Shown here piece by piece: positions 1-13,030 of a DNA stretch of 64,000 nt. The DNA is from Hemiscyllium ocellatum (lineage: Eukaryota), in NCBI RefSeq assembly GCF_020745735.1, contig NC_083417.1, positions 38,006,001 through 38,070,000 of the forward strand. Direction: 5' to 3'. The notes under the pieces are model-generated. The model worked only from the letters and a program-made list of their open reading frames with translations, did not search any database and was not told the origin of the DNA. The translations under genes were made by a program, and so were the position numbers. The stretch's first letter is position 1. Each line of letters opens with the position of its first letter.

Positions 1-255
1 AGCCTAAAGCTAAAATCCTTCTGCTAGGGTGAAATTCTTCTGAACTGAAACTGATTCAGAACTGAACAAAGGACACAATATAAGTTTCACTGAGGAAAAT
101 CAATGACACTTGGCTACAGCTCTAACTTACAAGACTAAAAATCAGAGAAGCTCTCAGAAACAGGTTGTTTTCACATGTTCTAGGGAGGAAAGAAAAAGCC
201 CACAAATGTTTGCAAGGGAAAACTAAAAAGCTTTTCAGGAAGATTTCATACTCAC

Positions 256-334
256 CATAACATCATATGACACCTTATCAGGCAAATTTTTAAGCCTGCC
301 TTGCAGGGCTTCATAGTCGTTTTGCACTTTAACC
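256..334 (-). CDS. URI1: URI1 coding exon 3 (79 bp)
   Basis: ttttag|GGTTAAAGTG...GTTATG|gtgagt; encodes (W)VKVQNDYEALQGRLKNLPDKVSYDVM. Confidence 0.93.
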
Positions 335-3300
335 CTAAAAGTTAAGTTAATTTTGAGTTATTCAAATTATTTATGTATAAATATCAATTGCTTTCTAAAC
401 ATGCATAATTCTTGACTTTTAACATAATACGAATATAGATTGCTAACAGAACTTATATGCAATATGATTACAGGGACTTTAGAAAAGTACTTAAAGACTT
501 TTTGCAAGAGGAATATTGTGTAAACAGTAATTAGGATTCGGTACTGATGATGCTCTATAGAACACTACTTATTGAGACAGCTGAAAATTGGGCTCATACA
601 ATTTCCAAATTTCAAAAGGTTTGCTAGCAATGTATTAAAAAGCACTATCCTAATTCTATAAAAATAGTTCAACAATAACTTGCTAATTGTTTTTTCAAAA
701 TAATTACACAACCTAGAACTTACTGCATTACCTCAGAACGTGGAACATCACAAATAATAAATTTATCTGCCAATGGAAGGAGGATGTAATGCCTATTTCC
801 AGTGGATCAGTGGGTAAATAACTGGCAGGTAAGGTAAGAAGTCGGGTTCAATTGCTGTTCTTATCAAAAGCTCGATAGTGTCAAATGATTGAAGGCAGCA
901 CAAATGTGCTCAGTGTCCTTGAACTTGAAAAGCATCGAACAATAACAAAAAAAAGGCTATGTAAGCACACTGAAAATCAACAGCAGAAATCCCGATGAAT
1001 TTCTTCTCATTGTTAATCAGAGGCAAAAGTTCTATCACTGATGTGAAAAATGAAGGAGAACAGATGGGAAGAGATGTGAGAATTTCTACAATATCTTAAA
1101 TTTGATTTTCTCTCCGTCAACCTCATAAGAAAGCTAGCCAATTCCATGCATAAATTCTGGGTTACAGTGGTTTCAGATTTGACAAATCCAAGTATATTTA
1201 CATTTATATTACTACAGTAGTTCACCCACCCATTTATTACTGTTTAAAGTAGCTGGGATCTGGCAGAACAAAACCAAGAACACAAACTCCAAACCATAAC
1301 ATCTGTTCTCCACATCAATGGGATATTCTTTAGTTTGCTAAGTGAATGATCTTGAATTTAAGCTCTGCGCCCGAAGTACAAAATAACTCAGCTGCATGAA
1401 CAGTTTTAAAACGTCATTTATGTTATTTGCAAAGTACAGGATATTTTTAACTCTCAGATCGGGAATACTAAGTTCAGTTGTTAATAAAGAATTATTAGGA
1501 GTTTCATATTGACGGCCTGTTTAGTATTAAGTACAGCGAGAAAATTACTTTCACCCATGAAAACAATGAACAAATATTAAGATACATGTTTTTCCATGTT
1601 GATCAATTTCCACTGACAGGATATATTTCTAATAATTGACAAGCAAAATAAAAAAATGTGAAAGACTATAATACAGTAAACATGTTCACAAATGTTTGAG
1701 CTTACCAGTGCTGGATTTTTTCCTTGCAGCTTGAAACCACCTGTTATTAAAATAGACAACTGCTCATGAAAAGCAATGTCAAGAATTCCAAGACTGTTCA
1801 TACTGTAAACAAAAATATAGCAAAAAAAAACTGCAACTTAATTGACCAAAAAACCTGAAACAAAAGATTTTGGGAAGACTTTCATTTGTTTGAAAGGAAT
1901 ATCGGTGTCTCATCGTAATATAAGTAGATACTTTAGTTTTTCCTTCACAAACATTTCACTAAAAACAACTTTAGTTAAAATAATGAACAGGGGAGATAAA
2001 AAGATGTTGCTTTCCTCTAATTGGGTATACAAATCTCTCATGAATTCCTTATCTTTCACATATGACCAAATCAAATGCCTGCCCAATTTCCTAAGGGAAA
2101 GTTATCTGAACTCAAGGCATATGTTCCTCCCGCTCCCCCCCCCTCCCCACTGAGTTAATTGTTTTTTGTGAAAGTTATTGACATCACTTCATATGAGCAC
2201 AATTTGAAGCAAAACAATTAGGTAACTGCAATGAACAAGATCACCTTTTAGGTGAGATGTGATCACAAAAAAATACAAAATGCAATGCAGTCTAATCTTC
2301 AATTAAAAAATGGAATACTTTGCAAGTAATGCACTTCATAGACAACCTGAAGAATTGTTCATTGAAAAAGTAACATGCTAAACATTTGATACAACAAAAG
2401 AGCTCAGGAATATTTTGACAAGGACATTTTTTCAGTTTGTATCAAAAGTTGATTAACTTGCTTCCAATTATATAAGTAAAGTAATTCTACACAAGTGGTA
2501 CATCTAAAAGAGTAAAATGTAAGTTTGAATTTATTTGACACAATTCTTCTATACAAAAAGCAGTAGAATGCAAATGAACTTCAAAAGACAGAAAAGCAAA
2601 CAGATAAGGCTATTCAAGGAACCAAGAGAGTTTAAAGTTTGATTGTTGTAGGAGGGAAGGATCAAAGGTTGCTAAAACAGAAGGGAGTGATATCCTTGGT
2701 TACACACAAAATTACTTTAAAATCAATCACCTCCAATGTTCCTTCAGCCATAAGATTGAAACACTGTCAATACTTTAAATTAATTAGGTTCTTGCCCAAA
2801 TCATTTAAAATATGAGCTGCTACATATACACAATCTGCCAACATAAAGACAGACTACATGTGAATGCTTTTGAAAATTTAGTATGGACTTACAATCTTGT
2901 TCTTTCACTGCTCTGTTGCGAGTTAATAAATTTGGTTCCCTTAACAGGGAAAACAAAAATCAAATTCTGTTCTATCATTATCCAATAAATAGTGACATCC
3001 TGCATGTGGAGGTATCAGATCACAAAGGGACAACAGGTTCAGCTTCAACCTTGTGGCTGAATTGCCTGCCTCACTGTTCATGCTAGTGCATGACATTTGG
3101 CTATGTAAGCAAGATCCTGGCTCTCACCCATAAATACTTCTCAAACAGGTAGACAAAAAAAATTGAGGGACATAAGAGGTAACACCTGTAATTGGAGTAT
3201 TGATTTTATTTGGGGCTTCACAATGATTTTTAAAAACGGCAAAATTATCCAAGTGCAAGTTGTCATCATCCCCAATTTCCAAAATCTGCTTTCAGAGGAA

Positions 3301-6300
3301 CAGACACACTTGCTTCCTTCCCCCACTGCCAATCCACTTGTCAGCACTCAAATTATTATTTCACTCTGAAGAGTTAATGGACTACTTTCTAACCAAAAGG
3401 TCTGAGGCTTGCTATCTTGACAGCAGGTGAAATGCCATCATCATGTGGAAGTCTGCAGCTCCTGCTGTCATCGAACCAGAAAGAACTAGAGGTAGTTGCT
3501 TTTCAACAAAGGACATTTCAATGCAAAGCTGAAGATACCCTGAAGATCACAGACAATGAGCAGCAAGAGAATGGCTGCCATGAGAAATAGTTGATGGTAC
3601 AATATTAAACTTTTCAACACATACAGAGGAAGTCACTGAAAACCTGTTAGTTTAAATTTTGTCCCAACCAATAAATGTCCAGTTTATACCAAAGAATGAT
3701 TCAACAAACTTTCATTATTTTTACCTTGATAAATGGTAAAGCATTATTAACTGCACATTTGCTTTTTCTACGTAAAATATATTAAAATACAGAAAGGAAC
3801 ACTACTGTTTACACTTATTACATATTACTCTCCACAGATTACAGTGTTCATAGTGAACAGTTCACAGTCGTTCCCAACTTTGAATGGATTTACGCTTCCC
3901 CATTCTGCTGTGAGTTAAAGGAACCACCTGTTTGAAGTTAATTTTTGGAGTGATTCCTAAACTCATTTCCAGCAAAAGAGCCTTTGCCTGTGGTGTTCCC
4001 CTCCATTATGCCAGGACAAATCTCCTGGAATCCATAAATGGGTGGCTTCAACAAGAGACCAGCTCCCTCTTTGGTAGCTGGCAAAAGCCAAATCACTTCT
4101 ACTCTGACCATGCAAGACTCTTTTTTTGTGATACTCATTGATATCTAAGCCTTCTTTGCATTCTTTTTCACAGATGAGAGTTGTATACATTATATATATT
4201 GAAGCAAGAGTCAGGATGTAGGGAAGAAAATAAGTCAGGAAATAGGAAACGCATATTTAAAAAGGTCTGATTATAACAAGCATGGACTTCAATATGCAGG
4301 TGGACTAGGAAAATCAGGTTGGTAGCAGATCTCAGGAAAAATAAATTGTGGAATGTCGAACAGATGACTTTTTGGAGTAGCATGTGGTAGAGCCTACCAA
4401 AGGACAGGCAATTCTGGATTTGGTGACTGGTACTGCAAGAGACTTGATTAGGGAGCTTAAGGTGAAGGAATCCCAAAGGAGCAGTGCCCACAAGATAGCA
4501 TAATTTACCCTCCAGTTTGAGGGGGAGAAGCTGGAATCAAATGGCACTACAATTGAGCAAAGATAACTACAAACACATAGGGGAGAAGCAGGCCATAATT
4601 AATTGGAAGGGGGACCTACCAGGGAAGATGTGGAACAGCAATTGCAGTTTCTCACGGAATTTAGGAAGCATAGCAGAAATGCATCCAAAGAAAGAAAAAT
4701 ACAAAGAGAGGACAAGACAACCATGGCTGACAAAGGAAGTCAGGGGCAGCATACGAACAAAATAAATAGCATACTATCTGAAGATGATTACTGGAAAACC
4801 AGAGGATTGGTTGGCCTTTAGAAACCAGCAGATGGCAACTAAAAAAGCAATAAGGGAAGAGAAGCTAGCTAGTAATAGAAACCAAGATTGCAAAGAGTTT
4901 CTTTAGATACCTGAAAGGTAAGAGACAGGCATGAGTGGACATTGGATCGCTGGAAAATTAGGCTGGAGAAGCAGTAATGGAGAACAAAGAAATGGCAGAG
5001 GAACTGAATTGGTACTTTGCAACAGTTTTCACATTAGCAGCACACCAGAACTTCAAAAGTCAAAGGGCAGGAGTATCGTGGTCTTCACTAAGGAGAAGGT
5101 GCATTGGAAGTGAAAGGTCTGAAGGTGGATAAATTATCTGGACCAGATGAACCTCACCCAAAAGTTCTGAAGAAGATAACTGAGCAGATTGGAGAGGCAC
5201 ATGTGGTGATTCTTCAGAAATCACTAGTCAGGGAGGATCCCGGAAGACTGGAAATAGCTAATTAAACATCCCTGTTTAAGGGAGGGAGGCAGAAGACAGG
5301 AACCTGTAACCTATTTAGTGTGACCTTGATCATTGCTAAGATTTCATAGCACATTATTATGGATGAGAAGTATATTTGGAAGTGCACGCTAACATAGGGC
5401 TGATTCAACATGACAGTCGCACATTAGAAGGTCACACCTGACAAATCTGTTAGAATTCTTTGAGGTAACAAGCAAGTTAGAGAAAGGATATCCAGTTAGA
5501 CAATAGGTGCAGGAGTAGGACATTCTGCCCTTTGAGCCTGCACCACCATTCAATATGATCATGGCTGATCATCCTTAATCAGTATCCTGTTCCTGCCTGA
5601 TCTTCATAACCCTTGATTCCTTGAAAGCTCTATCCAACACTTTCTTAAACAAATCCAGAGATTTTCCTACCTTCAGACTGTCCAATCCTTTAATAATCTT
5701 ATATGTCTCAATCAGATCCCCTCTCAGTCTTCTAAACTCAAGGGTATACAAGCCCAGACGCTCCAATCTTTCAGTATAAGGTAATCCCGCCATTCCAGGA
5801 ATTGACCTCGTGAACGTACGCTGCACTCCCTCAATAGCCAGAATGTCTTTCCTCAAATTTGGAGACCAGAACTGCACACAATACTCAAGGTGTGATCTCA
5901 CCAGGGCCCTGTACAGTTGCAGAAGAACCTCTTTGCTTCTATACTCAATCCCTCTTGTTATGAAGGCCAGCATGCTATTAGCCTTCTTCACTACCTGCTG
6001 TACCTGCATGCTTCCCTTTATTGATTGGTGTACAAGAACACCCAGATCTTTCTGTACTTCTGTACTGGATTCCATTTAGGTAGTAATCTGCCTTCCTGTT
6101 CTTGCCACCAAAGTGGATAACCATACATTTATCCACATTAAACTGCATCTGCCATGCATCTGACCACTCACCTAACCTGTCCCGGTCACCCTGTAATCTC
6201 CTAACATCCTCCTCACATTTCACCCTGCCACTCAGCTAAGTATCATCAGGAAATTTGCTAATGTTATTGCTAATATCATCTTCTATATTATTAACATATC

Positions 6301-9300
6301 TTGTAAAAAGCTGCGGTCCCAGTACTGATCCCTGCGGCACCCCACTGGTCACTGCCTGCCATTCCAAAATGGAGCTGTTTACATTTGACATTATCTGTCT
6401 GGGTTTCCAGAAGGCCTCTGACAAGGTGCCATACAGGAGGTATCTTTTATCTTATTGAGGTTGCTCAGTAAGATAAAAGCCAATAGTGTTAGGGGCAAGG
6501 TACCAGTACGGATGGAGGATAGGCTGGCTGGCAGTAGGCAGAGAGTGGGGCAAAGTGATGTTTTTCAGGGTGACAAGCAGAATTCCAAACAGGTCAGTTT
6601 TGGGACCACAACTGGCCATGTTATACATTAATTACCTGGACAAAGGAAGAGAGGTTATTATTGCTAAGTTTGCAGATGACACAAGTCATCTTCGCAGGTG
6701 AAGGGACAGGTATTAACAAGGGAAGTGGTGAAGCTGCAGAAGAACTTGAACTGAGAGGAGAGTGGCAAAGAAATCGCACATGGAATACAATGTGAGAAAG
6801 TGCCAGATTATGCACTTTGTTAGGAAATCTACTGCTGAAGCTGTACAAGAGTCTGGTCAGACCACATTTGGCATATTGAGCGTGGTTAATTTGTGGAACT
6901 CATTGCTGCAGAAGAGTAAGGTCACCAAGTTGTATTTGAGAGAGAGATAGATTCTTGACTGATAAGGGGATCAAGGATTACAACAAAAAGGCAGTAGAAT
7001 GGGGTTGAGAAACTAATCAGCCTTAATGAAATGTCAGAGCAGACACATTGGGTTGATTGCCCATATGCCATAGCAAAAGTAGGCCAATGAAAGAAGCATG
7101 TGTTTTACAGAAAGAGAAATACTTATTAGCTACCTTGATCCAATTTTTTTCCAATCCTACTAGTAACTGGATAGTTGACAGAACAATGGTTGACAACCGA
7201 TTATTTCCAACATCTTTCTCAGCCATTGAGTCACAGTGGTTCCCCTGTGATCTCAGAGACTGATACCATTGTCTCCAAGTGTGAACACCTTACACCATCA
7301 TCCCGGTGTCATAATGTGAGCTTCCAGGGGATCTTGAAATATTACTGGCCTGTTATTAAAGAGGTAACACAACCATCAGTGTATTCTTAAATTTAAAGAT
7401 GGTCATTGTAGTCTGTGATTCAAGCATAGATATTTAATAAAACTTTGATTTGCATGAAAAAATAATGCTGCCAACTCTTAATACAAATATTCATTTAAAT
7501 TTTGCACATTAGCTCGGCTCAAAAACTTGGGAGTCAGTTCTTTCTTCTACATCACCTGATGTCAGTCATTACTAAATTTACATAATAAAACATATTTGGC
7601 AAAATACATTAGAACAGTGTGATACAGGAATGCCTCCTTTTAAAGCATATTATAAATTATTAACTATTTCCACAATTTGAAATTACTGCAATTGAGTTCC
7701 TGTTATGAAACTCTGCCAGAGTAAACCAATTACTTATGAATTACTGGATCAACTAGTCAAGTAAATAAAAAGAATGTTTACCCAGTCGTTCAAAAAGGGT
7801 TTATCCAGAAACTAGATCAGCCATTCAAATAAGGTCATACATAGTTTCAGTTGTACGGTCAATGAAGCTGGGATTTAGGTGCACTCTTAATGGTTTCGCT
7901 GCCAATTATGGGCTATGAAGCAAAAGATCTTCTGATTGCTATTGTGAGTTCCCTGCTGATTGTGAGCACATCAAGAGAGAAATAAGCATGTATAGTGGTA
8001 ATGCCCTGCAGCTGACTATCACGGTCAGGCCTGTACATAAATTACTACTTGGAAAAATGAGGATAACTGAAAGCATGTTTGGGCATGAGCCTATGGATTG
8101 GGTTTTAACGTGCAAATTGAACAAATAGAAAAGAGAAAATTAGAAAAACAAGAGAATTAGAGGGAACCATTGCAGAACAATGTGTCAGGAAAAAGCAATT
8201 GTCGGAACTGTCTCAATGTGACAGTGACATTACAAAAAAAAGCAACAAAATCGGATGGCTCATCAAGCCTGCTCCACCATTCAAAATGATTATGATTGGT
8301 CTTTAACTTCACCTCCAACTTCCCACCTAATCTTCATATTCCTTCATGCCCATAAAATTAAACATTGAACACAAGTAGAGGGCTGAAAAACCTGTGCTGT
8401 ACTTCTCTTTGAACCGACAGCAGAGAATTCCAAAGAATCACAATCCTGTGAATAAGGAAAATCTTTCTGATTTCAGTTTTGATGATTGATTTCTTATTGA
8501 AGACTATTCTCTCTAGTGCTGCATTGTGAGGAAACCTCTCAGTGTCTTATTTGTCAGATACACACTAAATCCAGAGTGTCAAAAAAATCAGAAAATGGGT
8601 CTAACATCATATATGTTAGAAGATACAGAAGCCTGAACACACACACACACCCCTCAACAGGTTCAGGAACAGCTTCTCCTGGGCTGTTATTAGGATGATT
8701 CATGAACTCTCTAGCCTCAAATAAAACTGATCTCGTTAAGTGATCTCACCGACTGCATCCCCTGTGCGAGGTAACCTGTATGCCTCCGTCTGTTTTTTTT
8801 TATAACTTTAGATCTGTACACGCTTGATCTGCCTACTGCTCGTAAACAAAACTTGTGTACTTCTGCACGTGACAACAAACCAATAAACTTTACAAAATAT
8901 TGAGTATAATTGTTTGCATTGACAGCTACTAGAGTACTACACTAGACAACGGTTTTGGTCACTAAAAGTAGAAAACGTTATTTTTTTGAAAGATGAGGAC
9001 CAGGTTACTCATCTCACTGAGGAGATGAATGTAAATAAACTCCCAGAAAGATGGAAGCAACATGACATCAATTGCACAGGTACAAAAAGCGATGATTTCC
9101 TGTTTCGATTACATTGAATTCGAAACTCACACCGCGTTTAGCGAATGTACTTGCTTCTTAGTACTTTTCTCCCTTATTAAAAAAAGTTCGCGTTTCCAAT
9201 CTTTTCGCCAATTTAGAAAATGCTCAGATACTCTTCTACCTTGTAAAAAACACTCCCGTTTCGCTAACGGGAGATTTCTACCCGAGCTGGACCGACTGGG

Positions 9301-9662
9301 ATCTGAATCACAACCCGGCCCAGAGCCCGCTACACCGGGGGGTGGGAGGAGGAGCAGGTCTGTCTGAGCCCCCAGTAAACAGGTGACAACGGATCTGGGC
9401 AGACGGGGCGGTGACACTTTGACCAAAACATGACCTGGGCCCCGCAGGCTGGAGCCTGAAACAAAAACCCCGCTGCAGCCCAGGCTCCTTCTCCTGGTTC
9501 TTCCGCCTGATTTTAACACAATGGCCGCCGCTGCAGCTGCTGCCGCCGCCGCTTATTTACGGCCTTTACCTTTCCGTGCTCTTCTCGGAGCCGTGAGAGA
9601 GTCAGTGGCTGGGAGTGCGGCGGTTTGCTGGCGGCACAGGGCCGATGCTGCGAGTCTGCCAT
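256..9662 (-). CDS. URI1: URI1 (unconventional prefoldin RPB5 interactor 1), 5' part; coding exons 9570-9662, 1706-1740, 256-334; continues beyond the left edge
   Basis: Spliced translation MADSQHRPCAASKPPHSQPLTLSRLREEHGK|VVSSCKEKIQHW|VKVQNDYEALQGRLKNLPDKVSYDVM matches vertebrate URI1 as recalled (RLREEQEKVVTNCQERIQHWKKVDNDYNALRERLSTLPDKLSYNIM). All junctions are GT-AG and phases are consistent. It lies downstream of CCNE1 on the same strand, as at the human locus. Confidence 0.93.
1706..1740 (-). CDS. URI1: URI1 coding exon 2 (35 bp)
   Basis: aacag|GTGGTTTCAAGC...CAGCACTG|gtaagc; encodes VVSSCKEKIQH(W). Confidence 0.92.
4250..7050 (+). mobile_element. Decayed CR1-clade LINE (APE/RT remnants), interrupted by a younger inverse CR1
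   Basis: Remnants QPWLTKEV, GFQKASDKVP, SVLGPQL...AKFADDT, MEYNVRKCQIMHF. Confidence 0.75.
5500..6380 (-). mobile_element. 5'-truncated CR1 LINE 3' end nested in the older CR1
   Basis: ORFs 6236-, 5978- and 5575-: [47 protein letters not shown]. Confidence 0.9.
8590..8890 (+). mobile_element. Rex1-like LINE 3' fragment
   Basis: Similar to 21680-21880 (agatacagaagc-tgaacaca...cctcaaataa...gtaacct), which ends the Rex1 element. Confidence 0.5.
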
Positions 9663-10015
9663 TTCCTCCAGAGCCGGAGCCGGAGCCGGAGCCCGAGCTT
9701 GTGTTTGATAAACACTCAGGAACTGGGAGTCCTAAAGAAATGTTTATGTATGTGATAACTGCAGCTGCACAACTCCTCACTCCTCGTCCGCATAGAGAGA
9801 GCAGGTCTTGTCATCAACACTGTCGGAGCGGAAAACATCTCACACTCGCATTATTAGCACAAATAGCCCGAAGCGCAGCTGTTCCTTTTTTCGTTGAAGC
9901 CGCTCGCTCTCAGCAAGACCCACCGCCCGACGCCATCTTGCTCCGGGACGGTCTGGACCGCGGCACGTGACACAAGGGGGCGGGATGCGACTCGACACGT
10001 GATACAAGGGGCGGG
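9187..10015. repeat. Left arm of inverted segmental duplication (URI1 promoter + exon 1 + intron 1 start)
   Basis: Reverse complement of ~22650-23484. Position p pairs with 32660-p across 9203-9958, and the ORF-track translations mirror each other (9127..9519 vs 23141..23527; 9521..9970 vs 22564..23139). Confidence 0.95.
9570..9662 (-). CDS. URI1: URI1 coding exon 1 (31 codons)
   Basis: GAAATGG start with an in-frame TAG upstream; ends RLREEHGK|gtaaag in phase 0, matching exon 2; lies in a CpG-rich region. Confidence 0.88.
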
Positions 10016-10060
10016 TACTGTCTTGAAACGTCACTATTGAGCACGTGATAACGGTAGGGA
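9900..10060 (-). promoter_or_regulatory. URI1 CpG-island promoter (copy 1)
   Basis: CACGTG E-boxes at ~9964, 9996 and 10043, GGGGCGGG GC boxes, and a YY1-type AAGATGGCG motif near 9931-9939; high CpG density. Confidence 0.7.
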
Positions 10061-10261
10061 GCCTCGCGAGAGGGAGAGAGTGTACGCCTGTTGTTGAGGT
10101 AGTGCGGGTACGGTATGAGGACTGCTATGAGTGGAATCAAACAGGTGTGTCACTCCTCAAAGCACTACCGTTGTTCTGTCCAGGAAAGGTTTCTTCCCTT
10201 AATGACTTCACGCTAAGTTTATGCATGTAATTTTTCAGAACTGTCTTTCATTTTCAAACTG

Positions 10262-10650
10262 ATGTGGGGTGCCGGTGTTGGACTGGGGTGGACAAAGTTA
10301 AAAATCACAACGCAGGCTATATCCGACAGGTTTGTTTGGAAGCATTCGTTTTCAAACTGCTGTTCCTTCGTCAGGTAACTAGTGGGGCAGGATCATAAGA
10401 CACAATGTATAGCAAAAAGTCTCAGTGTCATGACATTGTACAAACCTAGAATGCTCTTAAGTCTTTAGATCTCTGTCATGAATGGACACACCTTGGTAAA
10501 GACTGTTTTGGTTAAGTCTTAACAGCAAGCTAGATTTGTTCAGTATATTGTTTTAATTGCATGACATTGTGACCTTTTGCTATAAATTCTGAGACTTAGG
10601 AACCTGCCCCTCTAGTTACCTGATGAAGGAGTAGTCCTCTGAAAGACAGC
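10262..10650. mobile_element. Penelope-like element remnant with inverted terminal sequences
   Basis: Shares GCCGGTGTTGGACTGGGGTG...AAGTTAAAA with 50255-50372; ~10355-10435 is an inverted match of ~10560-10645, including CTGATGAAGG. Confidence 0.65.
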
Positions 10651-10804
10651 CAGTGACCAGTGCTGGATATTGCTGAGACCAGTGCTTGGACCCCAGTTAT
10701 TCACAATATGAAGGAACAAAATACAGTGTATCTAAGTTTACAGATGGTGCAAAGCAGAATGGGGGAGTGAATGGTAAGGAGGATGCAGAGATGCTTCAAT
10801 GTGA

Positions 10805-11150
10805 AGAACTGAAAACAAAAAATGCTGGAGATCATAGCAGGTCAGACAGCATCCATGGAGAGAAAGCAAGTTAACATTGAGTCTAGAAGACTCTTTACTA
10901 GTGCTGGAGTTAAATATGCAGGGGGCAGCATTTATGCAATAGTGGGAGGGGGGTTGAAGTGGTCATGCTTGCACATAGGCTGGCTATGTTCTGCAAAGTG
11001 GTCACCCACTCTGTGTTTGGTTTCTCCAATGTAGAATAAGTCACATTTGGTGCAGCAAATACGATGTACAAGATTGGAGGGGGTACAGGTGAAATGCTGC
11101 ATCGTCTGGAAAGACTGTTTAGGCCAGTGTGATTTGGACAAGGTCCTTGA
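10805..11150 (-). mobile_element. Penelope-like GIY-YIG endonuclease fragment
   Basis: ORF 10932..11159 FTCTPSNLVHRICCTKCDLFYIGETKHRVGDHFAEH. Confidence 0.8.
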
Positions 11151-12284
11151 TGGGTTCAACTAGTATTTGCTCCAAAAGACCTCTATGTTGAATGTTGGGT
11201 ATCAACATCTTGTGAATGTCCATGTGTACCAGTCACTTGTGCCCTACGTCATCTGTGATCCTCATGGCACATCTTTGATCTATTTACAGGACTCTTCTGG
11301 ACTTCATAAATAAACCTGTGTTTGCACAAGCACCTATCATTGTAATGCTGCTGCAAGTACACTTACGCTCAGGGTCACAAGCCTAGTTCACAGACTGGAC
11401 TATTTTTGGGCTCTTTGCTTATTAACGTAGTGCCTACTGTGAGCCTATCCAAATGCTCACAAGATGCTTGATTTTCCTTTTTGCACATTACCTGTCAGCA
11501 AAAGATACCAGGCTCATATTAGAAATAAAATCAAATAACTGGAAAAACTCAACAGTTCTGGAAGCATCTGTGAATGGAAAGCTTAGTTAATGTTTTGGGT
11601 CCAGTGACCCTTCTGTTTACGCCTCACTATCCAACTCAACTTTCACTTGAGCCAATACTCACTGACATCTCAGGTTCTGCAACACCATTAAGTTATTTGC
11701 TTTGCTCAATATCATTTGCCAGGACTACTGATGTCTAGATGAGTGTTGGACCTTCCTGTATTGTGCAGTCTACTAATGTTGGAGCTGTGGGAGATCCTCT
11801 TTTGAGATAGATGGTAAAAGTGAGACTACACCTGGTTCTACCTGTTTGGACTTAGTTTGGAGCTCACCCATCAGTAAGGATATTGTAGTCTGAGTGTCTT
11901 AAGGAATCAGAGTCGGAGTGACCTTGGAACAGCTTCAGCCTTCCTCACTGACATTGTCAGTCTCAGCTCCTTAATCTCATCCCATATCTTGATGTCTGCA
12001 CAGTAGAATCCTGCCAACTCTATCAGAAATGTAACATGAAATTTTAACACATGACTCAGAAATCACGAAGCAGAGGTGATAAAATGATTTATTGATTCTT
12101 TATTCCACTGTCATCAGGTCATTGAGATGTTAAGGATAAATAAGCAACTGTTTATACTATGTAAATGGATTGACTGTGTGGGTTACATTGGGCCACGGAA
12201 TTGCTTTGTCTGACTTCATTCTCATCAACCCTTTCACTAATTGAGACATACTTTCTTTGTATGTCAAGTGTCTATTCAAATGGA

Positions 12285-12600
12285 ATCCTAGAAGCTCTAT
12301 GTTGTGGAAACAGACCTTCGACCCAATATGTACACACCTACCCTCCAAAGAGTAACCCACCCAGACCATTTCCCCTATCCTATTATCCTATGTTTATCCC
12401 TGACTAATGCACCTAACCTACACATCCCTGAAGACTGTGGGCAATTTAGCACAGCCAAATCACTTAACCTGCACATCTTTGGATTGTGTGAGGAAACCGG
12501 AGCAACCAGGGTAATCCTACACAGACATTAGGCTGGAATCAAACCTGGATCCCTGATGCTGTGAGGCAACAGTGCTAACCACTGAGACATCATGGCGCCC
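12285..12600 (-). mobile_element. HE1-type V-SINE (decayed)
   Basis: tRNA-like head (CAGTGGTTAGCACTG), V-domain GCTCCGGTTTCCTC, CR1-like tail. Confidence 0.8.
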
Positions 12601-12671
12601 CACTACTCGAGCTGCCTTTCTCCATGTTGCTGATTGCTGCCAGATGTCTTTGAAATCTGCTCTGCTCCCTG

Positions 12672-13030
12672 CTCAATGCTCGGAGAAGTGAAGACTGCAG
12701 GTGCTGGAGAATCAGAGCTGAAAAGGGTTGTGCAGGAAAAGCACAGCAGTCCCAGATCCACCCCTCCAATTTGGCACTGTCCTGTTGACCTGTCTATTTT
12801 CCTTCCCATCTGTCTGCTCCACCCTTCCCACTGATCTATCACAATTATCCTCCACCTGCCCACCTGCTGTCCCCCCCCCCCCCCAGCCCCAGCCCCAGCC
12901 CCACCCCCACCCTCTTAGTTATCCCCCATCCCCACCCACATTCCTGATGAAGGGCTTGTGCCTGAAACATCGACTCTCCTGCTCCTCCAATGCTGCCTGA
13001 CTTGTGCTTTTCCAGCACCAGCTTTTTCAT
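12672..13030. mobile_element. Penelope-like terminal remnant (inverted ends, hammerhead-like core)
   Basis: GGAGAAGTGAAGACTGCAG...GAAAAGCACAGCAG at the left, TGTGCTTTTCCAGCAC at the right; CTGATGAAGGGCTTGTGCCTGAAAC near 12945. Confidence 0.65.

Noticed and set aside
9521-9970. 149-aa ORF MAAAAAAAAAAY... and its 191-aa mirror at 22564..23139 as a novel gene
   Set aside because: It is antisense to URI1 exon 1 in a GC-rich, stop-poor island and low in complexity, with no recognisable domain. Identity between copies only reflects the DNA duplication.
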